Assembly (NCBI RefSeq): GCF_001306055.1
Contig: NZ_LGHJ01000012.1
Location: 90,001 to 122,000, forward strand
Length of the DNA: 32,000 bases
Direction of reading: 5' to 3'
Source of the DNA: Bellilinea caldifistulae
GTDB taxonomy: Bacteria > Chloroflexota > Anaerolineae > Anaerolineales > Anaerolineaceae
Positions 31,771 through 32,000 of the stretch are shown here, piece after piece. Numbering within the stretch: the stretch's first letter is position 1; each line of letters opens with the position of its first letter. Made by a program: the position numbers and the translations under genes. Under the pieces are notes generated by a model. It did not search any database, was not told the origin of the DNA, and worked only from the letters and a program-made list of their open reading frames with translations.

Positions 31771-32000
31771 CTATCCCAGCGAATTAGCCAGCAACACCAC
31801 ACTACCGATACATAAGATTGTAACCGCAATCACCACCAGGATAATTCCCGCCACCAATTCGGCTTTGCCGGTCTTACCGGCTTCCAAAACCGCCTCGGAT
31901 GGGTTTTGAGGATTGTAGAAGACCGGAACATTTTTCCCGGCGGGGTAATACGCAATCCGCTCTTCAACTTTCCTGCGGTTACTGATGGCAACGCTGGGGC
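31771..32000 (-). CDS. C-terminal part of a DUF3592-like membrane protein (start lies beyond the window end)
   Basis: Absent from the ORF track because it runs off the edge. My translation is ...PSVAISNRRKVEERIAYYPAGKNVPVFYNPQNPSEAVLEAGKTGKAELVAGIILVVIAVTILCIGSVVLLANSLG*. It has a (V.V.YnP.nP..avL)-type motif followed by a C-terminal TM helix. Confidence 0.5.
   Translation of the reverse strand, partial: PSVAISNRRKVEERIAYYPAGKNVPVFYNPQNPSEAVLEAGKTGKAELVAGIILVVIAVTILCIGSVVLLANSLG

Overview
This is a 32-kb chromosomal segment from a moderately GC-rich, flagellated bacterium. ADP-forming acetyl-CoA synthetase, a long-form formate-THF ligase and TATAAT boxes very close to start codons suggest a Chloroflexota/Anaerolineae-like genome, but taxonomy cannot be settled from this window. 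The left 5.6 kb is entirely on the minus strand: fliC-fliD-flaG-fliS, an intrinsic terminator, then flgC-fliE-fliF. fliF is cut by the window edge and no flgB is present. fliC has a near-consensus sigma-28 promoter and a structured leader of about 210 nt. To the right lie an MmpS-like gene, tRNA-Glu(CUC) followed by two 58-bp tandem copies of its own 3' end, and an FHA-like membrane protein. Next come ADP-forming acetyl-CoA synthetase, a 1211-aa propeller/Y_Y_Y/GAF/HisKA_3 sensor kinase, and Tat genes (a tatB-like gene on plus; tatC and a 59-aa tatA missing from the ORF track on minus). These are followed by a CE7 esterase with an XRE-cupin regulator, formate-THF ligase, a membrane fatty-acid desaturase, a secreted NAGPA-like/NBR1-like protein, MOSC and ACT proteins, and a 959-aa chemoreceptor. 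The window ends with an EamA transporter, a SAM methyltransferase, an RNase H-like protein, a dual-specificity phosphatase, a PfkB kinase, and DUF4380-like and DUF3592-like proteins (the last truncated). I see no CRISPR array, transposase, integrase or recognisable defence operon. The two most unusual observations are (1) the chemoreceptor, whose conserved hairpin-tip motif is split by a non-coiled-coil insertion of about 139 aa and which also carries a C-terminal CZB domain, and (2) the tandem repeat derived from the tRNA 3' end. All domain calls come from reading the translations by eye; no database search was run.
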